Notes: a model not told the origin generated them from the sequence alone. A stretch of 64,000 bases of DNA from Candidatus Saccharimonadota bacterium (GCA_046350735.1 JAXLZU010000001.1:204530-268529), one strand, 5' to 3'. Shown: positions 47,415-57,428, counted from the stretch's first letter. Translations and numbers: made by a program.

Positions 47415-49196
47415 ATGAAGGGTTTACAGAGTTATTTAACACTGTATAGAATGCTTGTACAACAAAATGGTGCCAAGCAGAACCTGACAAGACTAAAAAA
47501 GCTATCTATGCATGCATTTGTGTGGCTTATTTTGGTTGAATTTGTCGTGGTTGCTCAAATTTATCCTGTAAAATGGTTTATTGATGGCCTAACCGCCAAC
47601 CAAGATATGCAATACTTTGCTGCTTTGGCAGGTGTAATCTTTGCAGTATACCTATCAGGATCACTTCTGTATGCCAGAATGGATCACTTTCGGCTTTGGG
47701 CAATGTGGATGAACTTCTTAACCATTCTTGGATATTCGCATCAGCACTTGTTGTTGCTCGATACAGCCTGGCACGGCGAACACAGTACTGGAGAAAAAGA
47801 ATCTGTCTTAAGTAAAAACATTCGTAAGATAGATCGGTTAACGGACGAGCTAATTTTTCAGGCTCTACCCTCTGCCTTGCGTATTGTGTTTATCTCGTTT
47901 GGTGTTCTGCTAATTGGCTGGCAATATTCGCTTTTGGCAGTACTAACAACGCTTGGGTATTACCTGGCTGCAGCGCGTACAGAACGCCGATATGAGCCAT
48001 TACGACTAAAGGCGCACGAAGAAGATAAGGCTTTTAATCGTCGTGGTAGCGAGCAGATAAGTAATTGGCGCACAATTAAGCAGTTTGGCCTCGAGAGAAA
48101 GCAGAGCAGGCAATATATTCAGATGCTTGATGATTTTGTTGAGGCCGAACATTTGCGTTTTGATGTTTGGCTAAAAGACATTCGTATTCAGGATGCTATT
48201 GTATCGTCTAGCCGTGCAATGCTGTATTTGTTTATGGGCTTTCAGTTTGTAAACGGTAGAGTATCGATAGGCGAGATAGTACTTGCTACAGCATGGCTTG
48301 AGAAGATATATAGCAATCTGTATCAGTTTGTTCACTTTCAGCGTTACAAAAATGAGGGTGAAGAAGCGTTACATGAGCTTGCTGAGATGTTGAGTACAAA
48401 ACCACGTGTAGCTCAGAAAGAGAATGCTATAGAGATTGATGATATTAAAGGTAGAGTAACATTCGAAAATGTTAGCTTTGCTTACTCTGACGATAGTCAG
48501 CCGGTACTGCGTAATATCGATTTCGAAATCAAACCACACCAGACTGTTGCCCTCGTTGGCCCGTCTGGCTGTGGAAAATCTACTACTGTTAGTTTGGTTT
48601 TGCGTGAGCACGACCCTACATTTGGCCGTATCTTAATTGATGGCATACCTCTTACCGATATCGACTATGATTGGTTTCGACAAGAGGCAGTAGGTATTGT
48701 TGATCAAAACATCAAAATGTTCGAAACAACCATTGCCGAAAATATTCGACTTGGTTGCCCAAATGCTAGTGACGAAGAAGTTGTGGCAGCTGCTAAGAAG
48801 GCAGATATTCATAACTTTATTGTTAGTAAACCGAAGGGGTATCAAACCCTCGTTGGCGAGGACGGTATTCGTCTTAGTGGTGGGCAAAAACAACGTATTG
48901 CCATTGCTCGGGCGTTGGTAAAACAGCCATCACTGTTAATTCTCGATGAAGCCACGAGTAGTCTAGATGCTATTTCTCAGGCAGAAGTACAAAAGGCCAT
49001 TGATAGTCTGATTGCTGCCAGAGAATGTACTATCTTTATTATTGCTCATCGATTTTCTACTGTCGAAAGCACAGATATCGTCATTGTGCTTAACAATGGT
49101 GAGATAGAGGCTATGGGCTCGCATGAAGAAATGGAGTGTCAAAACGGTCTCTATAATATTCTTAAGAACCTCGAAAAAAATGGAGGCTTGGAATAG
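47415..49196 (+). CDS. ABC exporter, fused permease/ATPase (MsbA/Sav1866-like)
   Basis: TM domain, GPSGCGKST, LSGGQKQR, LILDEATSSLD, AHR. Confidence 0.93.
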   Translation: MKGLQSYLTLYRMLVQQNGAKQNLTRLKKLSMHAFVWLILVEFVVVAQIYPVKWFIDGLTANQDMQYFAALAGVIFAVYLSGSLLYARMDHFRLWAMWMNFLTILGYSHQHLLLLDTAWHGEHSTGEKESVLSKNIRKIDRLTDELIFQALPSALRIVFISFGVLLIGWQYSLLAVLTTLGYYLAAARTERRYEPLRLKAHEEDKAFNRRGSEQISNWRTIKQFGLERKQSRQYIQMLDDFVEAEHLRFDVWLKDIRIQDAIVSSSRAMLYLFMGFQFVNGRVSIGEIVLATAWLEKIYSNLYQFVHFQRYKNEGEEALHELAEMLSTKPRVAQKENAIEIDDIKGRVTFENVSFAYSDDSQPVLRNIDFEIKPHQTVALVGPSGCGKSTTVSLVLREHDPTFGRILIDGIPLTDIDYDWFRQEAVGIVDQNIKMFETTIAENIRLGCPNASDEEVVAAAKKADIHNFIVSKPKGYQTLVGEDGIRLSGGQKQRIAIARALVKQPSLLILDEATSSLDAISQAEVQKAIDSLIAARECTIFIIAHRFSTVESTDIVIVLNNGEIEAMGSHEEMECQNGLYNILKNLEKNGGLE

Positions 49197-49248
49197 TTAC
49201 ATTTAGGCCCTACGTAAAGTAGGGCTTTTTCTTTGTTATAATAAGGTT

Positions 49249-49959
49249 ATGAATCGGCCTAAACAAATTATACTTGTCAGGCATGCTGAGAGTGCTCGTA
49301 ACAAAGCAAAATATGGCAAAGGAACAACGTATTTTGCCGATGAGTATGCCCGACGAGATATTAAAGGCATTCCAGACTATGAGATTCCGCTAACTAAAGA
49401 GGGTGAAGCCCATGCCGTAGCAACAGGTAAATATTTACGTGATAGGTTTGGAACATTTGATTATATTTATCACTCTGGCTACAAGCGTACAAAAGATACG
49501 CTTGAGAATATGTTGTTGGCGTATACCGACGAAGAACGCGAACAAATGAAAATACGACACGACGCTTTTATACGCGAGCGAGACCCGGGCTTCACATATG
49601 ATATGACAGAAGAAGAGGCAACTAAGGCGTTTCCGTGGCTACAAGAATACTGGGATACATATGGTGGATTTTTTGCCTACCCGCCCGGTGGAGAAAGTAT
49701 AGCCAAGATGACAGAGAGAGTGTATCAATTTATTGGTATGCTCTTCGATAGACGTGCTAATCAAAAAGTACTTATCGTTACTCATGGTGGAACCATTCGA
49801 GCGTTTAGATTTTTGCTAGAAAGGTGGAGTTACGAACGAGCAATTACATGGCCATCTGGTACAGAGCCGAAAAATTGTGGTATTACTGTTTATGACTACA
49901 ACACAGAAGAACATCGCTTGGTTTTAAGCGAATATAACACCGTGTGCCCAGAAGAATAA
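49249..49959 (+). CDS. histidine phosphatase (phosphoglycerate mutase family)
   Basis: LVRHAES, PGGES, VTHGG. Confidence 0.9.
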   Translation: MNRPKQIILVRHAESARNKAKYGKGTTYFADEYARRDIKGIPDYEIPLTKEGEAHAVATGKYLRDRFGTFDYIYHSGYKRTKDTLENMLLAYTDEEREQMKIRHDAFIRERDPGFTYDMTEEEATKAFPWLQEYWDTYGGFFAYPPGGESIAKMTERVYQFIGMLFDRRANQKVLIVTHGGTIRAFRFLLERWSYERAITWPSGTEPKNCGITVYDYNTEEHRLVLSEYNTVCPEE

Positions 49960-49993
49960 AAAAACCATCCACTATAATGGATGGCAAAACTCT

Positions 49994-50221
49994 TTATTGC
50001 TGCGTGTTGCTGACACTTCCTGAAAGGGGAGTATGCCCTTTGATGATGCTATCAATATCTATAATCTGCTGATGTGGCCGCATGGCCGAAGCGGCATTGG
50101 CTTCAGCACGTCGAGCCGCTGATTCATCGAATGGATTAACAAACCGGACAATATCGGCTAGATACCCAAATCGACGACGAGAACGAGATTGACTCGGGTC
50201 CTGATATATCTGAGAACTCAC
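49994..50221 (-). CDS. small hypothetical protein
   Basis: TTGACA-17-TAAAAT promoter, AAAGGA SD, GTG start. Confidence 0.6.
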   Translation of the reverse strand: MSSQIYQDPSQSRSRRRFGYLADIVRFVNPFDESAARRAEANAASAMRPHQQIIDIDSIIKGHTPLSGSVSNTQQ

Positions 50222-50356
50222 ACAGATCCTTTCTGGTTTGATAGGCTTTTGGGTACACTTCTGTTGTCAGAAGAAGATTACGATTTTAGCTTATCTATAG
50301 TTATTTGTCAATACTATTTTTGGCACCTGGGCGTAAAAACAAGTATCATAATAAGC

Positions 50357-52195
50357 ATGAGAGTTTTAAAAAGTGCCTGGCTCAAAAAATATGGTTGGCT
50401 AAGTTTTGTAAGTGTTGGGCTACTTTTCTGTCTGGCCTTATACTTATCAGGTAATACCAAATTGTCAGAAATAGGTATTATTAGTATTTGTCTTATTGGT
50501 ACTATACCTGAGGCCGTGGATATTGTTCATGATATACTGCATCGTCAGTTTGGTGTAGACATTATTGCGCTAGTGGCAGTTTTGGCTTCACTAGCACTGC
50601 ATGAGTATGCTGCTGCTGGAGTGATTTTATTGATGTTTACCGGCGGCAGAGCACTCGAAGAGTATGCAAAATCTCGTGCTCAAAAAGAACTGAGTGATTT
50701 ATTAAAGCGCAAACCTAAGCTGGCTCATATAAAACATGCGGGCGAATTTGTCGATATTGCAGCCACTAAGGTTCGCCCAGGCGACAACTTACTTATAAAA
50801 CCAGGCGAGACTGTACCGGTAGATGCACTAATCTTGCAAGAACATAGTAGCTTTGATGAATCTGCTATAACAGGCGAAAGTTTGCCACAAGCTAAATCAC
50901 CCGGGCAAGAAGTAGTGTCGGGCAGCATTAACCAGGATAGTGCAGTAATAGTAAGAGCCTTACGAACAACCGGGCAGAGTCAGTACGAGCAGATTATTGA
51001 TCTAGTGAAGGCTGCTGCCAGCTCAAAATCACCGCTTGTCCGTGTGGCAGACCGTTATAGTGTACCGTTTACAATCGTTACCTTTGGTTTGGCAGGCCTT
51101 GCCTGGCTAGCAAGTGGTAACCCAGTTAATGCTTTGGCGGTTTTAGTAGTTGCAACGCCATGCCCACTCCTTATTGCTACCCCAGTAGCGATTGTCTCAG
51201 GTATGAGTCGTGCAGCTCATGCCGGTATTATTATTAAAGATGGTGCCAGTCTTGAGAGTTTGGCAATGCTAAAAATACTTGCTTTTGACAAGACAGGTAC
51301 TCTTACGCAAAATCTTCCATCAATAGACAAGATTACTACTAATGGAGTAACCGAGCAGCAGTTATTACAGTTGGTGGCATCTATCGAAACGGGTAGTGCG
51401 CACACATTAGCCAAAACTATCGTCAACAAGGCACACTCGCTTAAGATAAAGCTTTTACCGGTACACGAGATTCACGAAGAAGTTGGCTATGGTATTTCGG
51501 CTATGGTAGGGAAAAGTCGAATATTGGTAGGCAAACATGAATATCTAACTCATCATGGTATTACGCTACCCAATAATAAGAATATTGCTCAGACTACTGT
51601 ACTGGTGGCACGAGGCCATACCTATATTGGTTCGATTAGTTTTATCGACCCAATTCGTAGTGATAGCAAAACAACCTTACAGCGTTTAAAACAGTTGGGC
51701 ATTCGGCAAACCTTAATGCTTACTGGGGATAAGTCAGAAGTAGCAATTAAGATTGCTCATCAGCTTGGTATTACTGATGTTCATGCAGGGTTGCTACCAG
51801 AAGATAAGCTAAAGGTAGTAGAGAAACATCGTCGAGAAGGGCAAATGATAGGTATGGTAGGCGACGGGGTAAATGATGCACCGGTGCTAGCAGCAGCTGA
51901 TGTAGGTATTGCACTTGGTGCAAAGGGCTCAACTGCCGCAAGCGAGTCTGCCGACGTAGTAATTATGCTCAACAACTTTACCAGGGTAGCGGCAGCTATA
52001 GCAATTGCCAAGCGAACACTAAAAATTGCCAAGCAAAGTATATTTGTGGGTATTGGTCTTAGTTTTGTACTAATGATATTTGCAGCATTTGGTAAGATCC
52101 CCCCACTATATGGTGCACTACTGCAAGAAGTGGTAGATGTTGCAGTTATTCTCAATGCTTTGCGCGCATTAATACCACATAAGGAGATTCTCTAA
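50357..52195 (+). CDS. heavy-metal P1B-type ATPase (TPCP/QExxD, P1B-5-like)
   Basis: TGES, ATPCP, DKTGT, GDGVNDAP, LQEVVD. Confidence 0.93.
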   Translation: MRVLKSAWLKKYGWLSFVSVGLLFCLALYLSGNTKLSEIGIISICLIGTIPEAVDIVHDILHRQFGVDIIALVAVLASLALHEYAAAGVILLMFTGGRALEEYAKSRAQKELSDLLKRKPKLAHIKHAGEFVDIAATKVRPGDNLLIKPGETVPVDALILQEHSSFDESAITGESLPQAKSPGQEVVSGSINQDSAVIVRALRTTGQSQYEQIIDLVKAAASSKSPLVRVADRYSVPFTIVTFGLAGLAWLASGNPVNALAVLVVATPCPLLIATPVAIVSGMSRAAHAGIIIKDGASLESLAMLKILAFDKTGTLTQNLPSIDKITTNGVTEQQLLQLVASIETGSAHTLAKTIVNKAHSLKIKLLPVHEIHEEVGYGISAMVGKSRILVGKHEYLTHHGITLPNNKNIAQTTVLVARGHTYIGSISFIDPIRSDSKTTLQRLKQLGIRQTLMLTGDKSEVAIKIAHQLGITDVHAGLLPEDKLKVVEKHRREGQMIGMVGDGVNDAPVLAAADVGIALGAKGSTAASESADVVIMLNNFTRVAAAIAIAKRTLKIAKQSIFVGIGLSFVLMIFAAFGKIPPLYGALLQEVVDVAVILNALRALIPHKEIL

Positions 52196-52295
52196 GATAC
52201 CAATCTACGTCAATACGCTTGTGCTTTTTATCTAATAGGCGAATAATAAGAGTAAATAAGAACAAAAAGTAATATATGAAAGGATAAGAAGTGTT

Positions 52296-52706
52296 ATGTG
52301 GAATTTTTTAGCAATGTATTGGAAAGGCATTGGCCTGGCCACAATAGCCGCAATGATTGTTGGTTTTGTGTGGTATGCCAAGCCGGTATTTGGCAAAAAA
52401 TGGCAAGAGCTTGTGGGGCTAAAAGACAAAGATATGAAGCAAGGGATGTTTTTGCCGATGCTAATTATGTTGTTGGTAGTATTTATTACTGCCTGTGTGT
52501 TAATGCGCTTTATTGTTATTGCCAACCCAACAAGTTATGTACAGGCAATTAAACTTGCCATTTGGGTTTGGCTAGGTTTTGTGGCTACCTATGCTATAGG
52601 TGGAGGTATGTTTGAAAAGCGCCCACCCTTACTTATAGCTATTAATATTGCCAACAGCTTAGTAACACTTGTTGTAATGGCTACTATTCTCTACGCCCTG
52701 CAATAA
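52296..52706 (+). CDS. DUF1761-like membrane protein
   Basis: GFVWY...FGKKW; 4 TM. Confidence 0.75.
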   Translation: MWNFLAMYWKGIGLATIAAMIVGFVWYAKPVFGKKWQELVGLKDKDMKQGMFLPMLIMLLVVFITACVLMRFIVIANPTSYVQAIKLAIWVWLGFVATYAIGGGMFEKRPPLLIAINIANSLVTLVVMATILYALQ

Positions 52707-52740
52707 CTATTTATTTGCATACAGTGTAGTATAAAATTAT

Positions 52741-52998
52741 ATGAATTCATTTACCGATTCGGTATATAGAGTAGTGCAATCTATTCCTGAAGGCAAAACT
52801 ATGACGTATAAAGAGGTGGCTATTGCTGCTGGTAGTCCTAAGGCTTTTCGGGCAGTGGGTAATATACTTAATAAAAATTACAACCCCAGTATTCCTTGCC
52901 ACAGAGTAATACGGTCTGACGGTAATACTGGTGGATACAATCGTGGCGCAGCAAAAAAGGCTAGGCTGTTGCATGCAGAAAAATTCGCAAATCAATAA
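52741..52998 (+). CDS. O6-alkylguanine DNA alkyltransferase, single domain
   Basis: IPEG...TY..VA..G.P..RAVG, PCHRV. Confidence 0.9.
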   Translation: MNSFTDSVYRVVQSIPEGKTMTYKEVAIAAGSPKAFRAVGNILNKNYNPSIPCHRVIRSDGNTGGYNRGAAKKARLLHAEKFANQ

Positions 52999-53140
52999 AA
53001 AACATAAGCAATTTTCAGCTGTCTCTCAGTTTGGTATTTTATGCTATCTATAGCTCGAAAAAACATAGAGACAAACAAAAAAATGTGTTGACGAGCGGTG
53101 TATAATAAAAAGCGTAAGCATAGAGGGGAGGTGAGGAGCT

Positions 53141-53311
53141 ATGAAAAGCCACGCACGAGTTATGCGACGTATCCGGCGCATGCCACAAAACTTGTTGCGC
53201 GACCGCCAGATAGTAGAAGACATCTTAGATGAGATGGCTACTAAATGGGCCCGCAAAGCAGAACGTTTGCAGCACAAAGCTGTAGGACACATGCAGACAA
53301 AGACGAAGTAG
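53141..53311 (+). CDS. 56-aa basic small protein, not in ORF track
   Basis: TATAAT 53101, GGAGGTGAGGAG SD; MKSHARVMRRIRRMPQNLLRDRQIVEDILDEMATKWARKAERLQHKAVGHMQTKTK. Confidence 0.65.
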   Translation: MKSHARVMRRIRRMPQNLLRDRQIVEDILDEMATKWARKAERLQHKAVGHMQTKTK

Positions 53312-53324
53312 CACCAGCAAATAG

Positions 53325-53426
53325 AAAGGCAAAAGTTTTGGGAAAAATAAACGTCTGACACGCAGATGAGTGTTTTAATCGCTCGTCTGCGTGTGCTGTT
53401 TATCCTCATAGCAAATGCCTTTTTTT
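53325..53426 (+). terminator. ~100-nt extended hairpin ending in U-tract
   Basis: AAAGGCA/TGCCTTT, ATAAAC/GTTTAT, ACACGCAGATGAG/CTCGTCTGCGTGT. Confidence 0.65.
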
Positions 53427-53492
53427 ATTGTAAAACATTATTAAATAGACTAGTATATAGACCATCTTGTACCTCTAAAGAAAGGTAGCAAC

Positions 53493-53705
53493 ATGTCGGT
53501 AGTTGCAATTGGTGGTGTTCGGTATGCACTTGCGTGGCAAGAAATTTGTGAGCATGTAAGCCGAGAAGATCTTCTCGGCTTAAAAGATCTTGATGAGGCT
53601 GATTTTGTTGGTGCGATTATTGGATTACTTGTGGAGAGGGGCTATGAGCCTGACGATGCAGTACAGCTACTCACACGGGCTTGTCTGCTTGAGGGAGATG
53701 ACTGA
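53493..53705 (+). CDS. small hypothetical protein
   Basis: TTGTAA-17-TAGTAT promoter, AAAGGT SD; TGATG-coupled to next gene. Confidence 0.65.
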   Translation: MSVVAIGGVRYALAWQEICEHVSREDLLGLKDLDEADFVGAIIGLLVERGYEPDDAVQLLTRACLLEGDD

Positions 53706-54019
53706 TGCGTATCGGTACCAGCAAGTTAAGATTCCGTAGTCCAATCGCTACTGAAAGAGTTGGTAGAAAGCCCATAAAGTACCCCTCGCTTAATCAATGG
53801 ACCATCTATAAAGTTACCGCTGTTCTTCAAGTAATAACATCGATAGGGTGTATTGTGTGGTTAATAATGGGTTTGCGTGGGGTGGAAACCTCTATACCGT
53901 TATACTTTATTTTCATTATGGCTTTACAGGGGTTTGGTGTTCCTTACAGTCTGTCATTGCATAAGCAAGAAATATCTAGAAGAATGTATTTATATCCAAT
54001 GCGCGAATATGGCTCCTGA
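53705..54019 (+). CDS. small 2-TM hypothetical protein
   Basis: GGGAG SD; terminator 54011-54040 overlapping stop. Confidence 0.6.
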   Translation: MRIGTSKLRFRSPIATERVGRKPIKYPSLNQWTIYKVTAVLQVITSIGCIVWLIMGLRGVETSIPLYFIFIMALQGFGVPYSLSLHKQEISRRMYLYPMREYGS

Positions 54020-54123
54020 TTAACCAGGAGTTTTTTCTTTTTAAATATAATTGATAGGCTTCTTTTAAAAAGTATATTACAATAATTGAGAAAATTTGTT
54101 CCTTCTAGACAAGAGAGGCAAGT

Positions 54124-54561
54124 ATGTTAAAGCGGCTAATATTTGCTTGGCATAGCTGGATGGATATGCCACTAGAATCTCCACAATGGTATTTAGATAA
54201 AATAGAGGGCGAAATTACAGAGCTAGCAGATGCGAGAGGATGTTGGGCTCGTCTAAGTGAGAAGGGCGATGTTCTCTACAGCTATAGCAGAGCAGAGTTT
54301 GATGGTATATCAGTTCTAGGTACTTATCACGCATATCTACATCTATATATAGCTTTATATATGGTTATAAAACTAACGTTACGCAGACTGTATTATAAAA
54401 GAGTTGGTGCGCGTATGGACCCACCAAAAGATATGAAAGCTTTGAGAAATCCTCAAAAGGATGACAATCTACGTAGTCTAGCAGTTAAACATGGATATGA
54501 TGAAATAATTTTTCTAAATACCGCCAAAAAAATTAGAAGTAGATGGTTATTTTTACCCTAG
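54124..54561 (+). CDS. hypothetical protein, possible MazG-like acidic motif
   Basis: E.E..E..A....LSE..DV; own promoter, SD and terminator 54555-54579. Confidence 0.6.
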   Translation: MLKRLIFAWHSWMDMPLESPQWYLDKIEGEITELADARGCWARLSEKGDVLYSYSRAEFDGISVLGTYHAYLHLYIALYMVIKLTLRRLYYKRVGARMDPPKDMKALRNPQKDDNLRSLAVKHGYDEIIFLNTAKKIRSRWLFLP

Positions 54562-54596
54562 CGTTGCTAGGGTTTTTTCTTTGCTATAATAAAGTT

Positions 54597-55394
54597 ATGA
54601 CTACATTATTTTCTTGGAACGTTAATGGCATACGTGCTGTTATAAAAAAAGGTGAGTTTCAGAAATTTATCAAAGAATACAAACCCGATATTTTGTGTTT
54701 GCAAGAAACCAAAGCCAAGCAAGGTCAGGCAGAAATAGATTTGCCAGAATATAAAGAATACTGGAACTCTGCCGAGAAGGCGGGCTATAGTGGTACGGCC
54801 ATCTTTACCAAAATCGAGCCAGTCTCTGTAACAAACGGCTTGCCAGAAGATATTGTACAAAAATACGATATGGAAGACGACTATGGCCATCCTAACAAAG
54901 AAGGTAGAGTACTTACGGCCGAGTTTGATGCGTTTTATGTTGTGACGGTATATACTCCAAATGCCAAAGACGATCTTAGTCGAGTAGCATTACGACACAA
55001 ACAGTGGGACCCTGCATTTTTAGAATACTGTAAGAGTCTCGAAAAGAAAAAACCGGTATTATTCTGCGGAGATCTTAATGTGGCGCATACCGAAGATGAT
55101 TTAGCCCGACCAAAACCGAATATTGGCAAAAAAGGTTTTACTAATGAAGAAAGAGAAGGTTTTGAGAATTTTATTAACGCTGGGTTTGTTGATACCTTAC
55201 GGATGTTTGTAAAGGGGAATGGCTACTATACCTGGTGGACCCACTGGGCAAATGCCAGAGCAAATAATGTTGGTTGGCGTATAGATTATTGGTTGGTGTC
55301 AAAAAGTTTTAAAAACCACGTAAAACAAGCCGAAATTCACCCAGAACAGATGGGGTCTGATCATTGCCCGGTATCTATAACCCTCGACATATAG
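54597..55394 (+). CDS. xth: exodeoxyribonuclease III / AP endonuclease
   Basis: SWNVNGIRA, LQETK, GYSG, GDLNVAH, GWRIDY, GSDHCP. Confidence 0.96.
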   Translation: MTTLFSWNVNGIRAVIKKGEFQKFIKEYKPDILCLQETKAKQGQAEIDLPEYKEYWNSAEKAGYSGTAIFTKIEPVSVTNGLPEDIVQKYDMEDDYGHPNKEGRVLTAEFDAFYVVTVYTPNAKDDLSRVALRHKQWDPAFLEYCKSLEKKKPVLFCGDLNVAHTEDDLARPKPNIGKKGFTNEEREGFENFINAGFVDTLRMFVKGNGYYTWWTHWANARANNVGWRIDYWLVSKSFKNHVKQAEIHPEQMGSDHCPVSITLDI

Positions 55395-55397
55395 CAT

Positions 55398-55518
55398 CTG
55401 AAACCTAGAAATAGCGACTTACATCGTTGTAATTTCTAAGTCTCACTCGATGTAGGTTTGCTACACCTCGTTTCGAGTTTCAATTACGCCTTGTAATTCA
55501 TCTATTTCTAGGCTTCAG
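55398..55518. repeat. long imperfect palindromic element, copy B
   Basis: CTGAAACCTAGAAATAG/CTATTTCTAGGCTTCAG outer arms; core alignable to 37672-37779. Confidence 0.8.
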
Positions 55519-55575
55519 CAAAGATACGGTCTGGGCTTGAATATCTTGTAAATATCAGGTATACTATTCAACATT

Positions 55576-55749
55576 ATGTCTAAGAAAACACTCGAACAAA
55601 TTGTGGTAATGAAAAACAAAGCCACCGGTAGCCGTTATTACACCCGTAAAAACCCCAAAAACACTACCGACAAGCTCGAACTCAAGAAATTCGACCCTAA
55701 AACTCGTAAGGTCGAAACTTTTACCGAAGTAAAAGCCAAACTAAAATAG
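55576..55749 (+). CDS. rpmG: 50S ribosomal protein L33 (Cys-free type), not in ORF track
   Basis: TGSRYYTRKN.KNTTDKLELKKFDP..RK...F.E. Confidence 0.93.
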   Translation: MSKKTLEQIVVMKNKATGSRYYTRKNPKNTTDKLELKKFDPKTRKVETFTEVKAKLK

Positions 55750-55795
55750 GGTTTAGTTACTAGACTCTCTTTTCTAACCTTGCTACAATCATAAG

Positions 55796-56476
55796 ATGAA
55801 GAAACAGGGGATTAAAAAGTATTTGCCAACAATTCTTATTGTGGCAGTAATAGTAATAGTAATTGGCTTCGTGGTGTACGCTATGACGCGCTCTGATAGC
55901 TCGAGCACAACAGCTACTCAGCCGGCTACTGCAGAAGATGTAGCAGCAATTAGCCAAGGTCATACCACTGGTAATGCCAATGCCAAAGTAGTGGTGACTG
56001 AGTTTGGTGATTATCAATGTCCTGTCTGTGGCACCTGGTACCCATATCTACACAACACATTCTTACCGCTTTACCAAGACAAAGTAGCATTTGTATTTAA
56101 AAATTTTCCGCTTACCCAAGTGCATAAAAATGCTCAGATATCAGCTCAAGCTGCAGAAGCTGCAGGGCTACAAGGAAAGTTCTGGGAGATGCATAACAAG
56201 CTCTACGAAACTCAGACTGAATGGAGCGATCAAAGCGACCCTACTGGCAAATTTGCCGATTATGCAGGGCAAATAGGTATTAATGTTAATCAGTTTAAAT
56301 CAGACCTAAATAGTCAAAAAGTAAAAGACATTGTGCAAAAAGATGCCGACTTGGCAACTAAGCTGAATATTCAGGGTACACCAACCTTCTTTATTAATGG
56401 TAATCAGGTAACAATTAAAACAGGTTTTGAAGACCTAAAGAATGCCGTCGACCAAGCACTGGCCCAAACAAAATAG
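55796..56476 (+). CDS. membrane-anchored DsbA/BdbD-family oxidoreductase
   Basis: EFGDYQCPVC, QGKFWEMH, GTPTFFING. Confidence 0.93.
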   Translation: MKKQGIKKYLPTILIVAVIVIVIGFVVYAMTRSDSSSTTATQPATAEDVAAISQGHTTGNANAKVVVTEFGDYQCPVCGTWYPYLHNTFLPLYQDKVAFVFKNFPLTQVHKNAQISAQAAEAAGLQGKFWEMHNKLYETQTEWSDQSDPTGKFADYAGQIGINVNQFKSDLNSQKVKDIVQKDADLATKLNIQGTPTFFINGNQVTIKTGFEDLKNAVDQALAQTK

Positions 56477-56915
56477 TTCACTCCTGTGGCTACTTGCTGC
56501 TATAAGTGCGGTTGGGCTAACTGATGCACTGTATTTAACTATTACTCATTACACTAAAGCACTGGTACCGTGTAACTTTTCGCATGGCTGCGAAACAGTT
56601 TTAAAGAGTCAATATGCAGAAATATTTGGTATACCCGTTGCTGCACTTGGTGTTGTGTTTTATTTCACTACTTTAGTGGTGGCAATATTTTTTGCTAATC
56701 ATCATCATTATCATTGGTTGTTGAGTATTTGGGGGCTTATTGGTTTTATATCAACTCTGTATCTATTCTACATTCAAGCATTTGTTTTACATGCATTTTG
56801 CCAGTATTGCTTGCTCTCGGCCCTCACATCAACCCTTACGTTTGGCATTACAACTCTGTTATACTTTATTAATAAGCATAAGGAGGACTCGGCACATGAC
56901 AACAACTCAATCTGA
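56442..56915 (+). CDS. vitamin K epoxide reductase (VKOR) family
   Basis: C..C..VL.S.YA..FGIP, CQYC. Confidence 0.9.
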   Translation: MPSTKHWPKQNSSLLWLLAAISAVGLTDALYLTITHYTKALVPCNFSHGCETVLKSQYAEIFGIPVAALGVVFYFTTLVVAIFFANHHHYHWLLSIWGLIGFISTLYLFYIQAFVLHAFCQYCLLSALTSTLTFGITTLLYFINKHKEDSAHDNNSI

Positions 56916-57243
56916 CATTATTGAATTTTATGGCGAAACCTGTCCCCACTGTCTTAGTATGAAACCAGTTGTAGAAAAAATAGAAAAAGACATGGGTATC
57001 GAAATTACAAAACTAGAAGTTTGGAATAATGCTGACAATCAGGCAACCATGAAAAAATATGAAGCTATTATTGGTGAGGCCTGTGGCGGCTTTGCTGCGG
57101 TACCTGCATTTGTAAATACTAAGACCAATCAAGCACTGTGTGGTGCACACGACGCCGAAGACATTGCTAATTTAATTAATGGCGGTGACTGTAGTGGCAA
57201 TGTTTGTAAGCCCCATAGCAAAATGCCAAAGGCAAAAGCATGA
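56896..57243 (+). CDS. thioredoxin/glutaredoxin-like protein
   Basis: EFYGETCPHC, VPAF; AGGAGG SD. Confidence 0.85.
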   Translation: MTTTQSDIIEFYGETCPHCLSMKPVVEKIEKDMGIEITKLEVWNNADNQATMKKYEAIIGEACGGFAAVPAFVNTKTNQALCGAHDAEDIANLINGGDCSGNVCKPHSKMPKAKA

Positions 57244-57428
57244 GTCCTGCTGGTAAAAAACGTACTCGTCGTCTGGTAGCAAAAGTAAAAAATGCAGGGT
57301 TTTGGCAGCGCTTTAATAAGCCAGGTAGTAGTAGCTCAACATCAAAAGTCAGGGCTAGCGGTCAAAGTAATGCTCGCGAGTTAAGAGGACACGAACACCC
57401 TAAAGAGCCAGAAAGAAACAAAAAGTAA
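57240..57428 (+). CDS. small basic hypothetical protein
   Basis: ATGA overlap with upstream stop. Confidence 0.45.
   Translation: MSPAGKKRTRRLVAKVKNAGFWQRFNKPGSSSSTSKVRASGQSNARELRGHEHPKEPERNKK

Noticed and set aside
46870-47490. Minus-strand ORFs 46870-47139, 47004-47237, 47281-47490
   Set aside because: No motifs or SD; they overlap plus-strand promoters, structured RNA and the attenuator
50189-50356. Long N-terminal extensions in the ORF track (50189, 54543, 56740, 7280)
   Set aside because: They run through promoters, terminators or neighbouring genes; downstream starts fit the signals
37672-55518. Integron attC sites for the long palindromes
   Set aside because: No RYYYAAC/GTTRRRY ends, no cassette array or intI; they flank core genes
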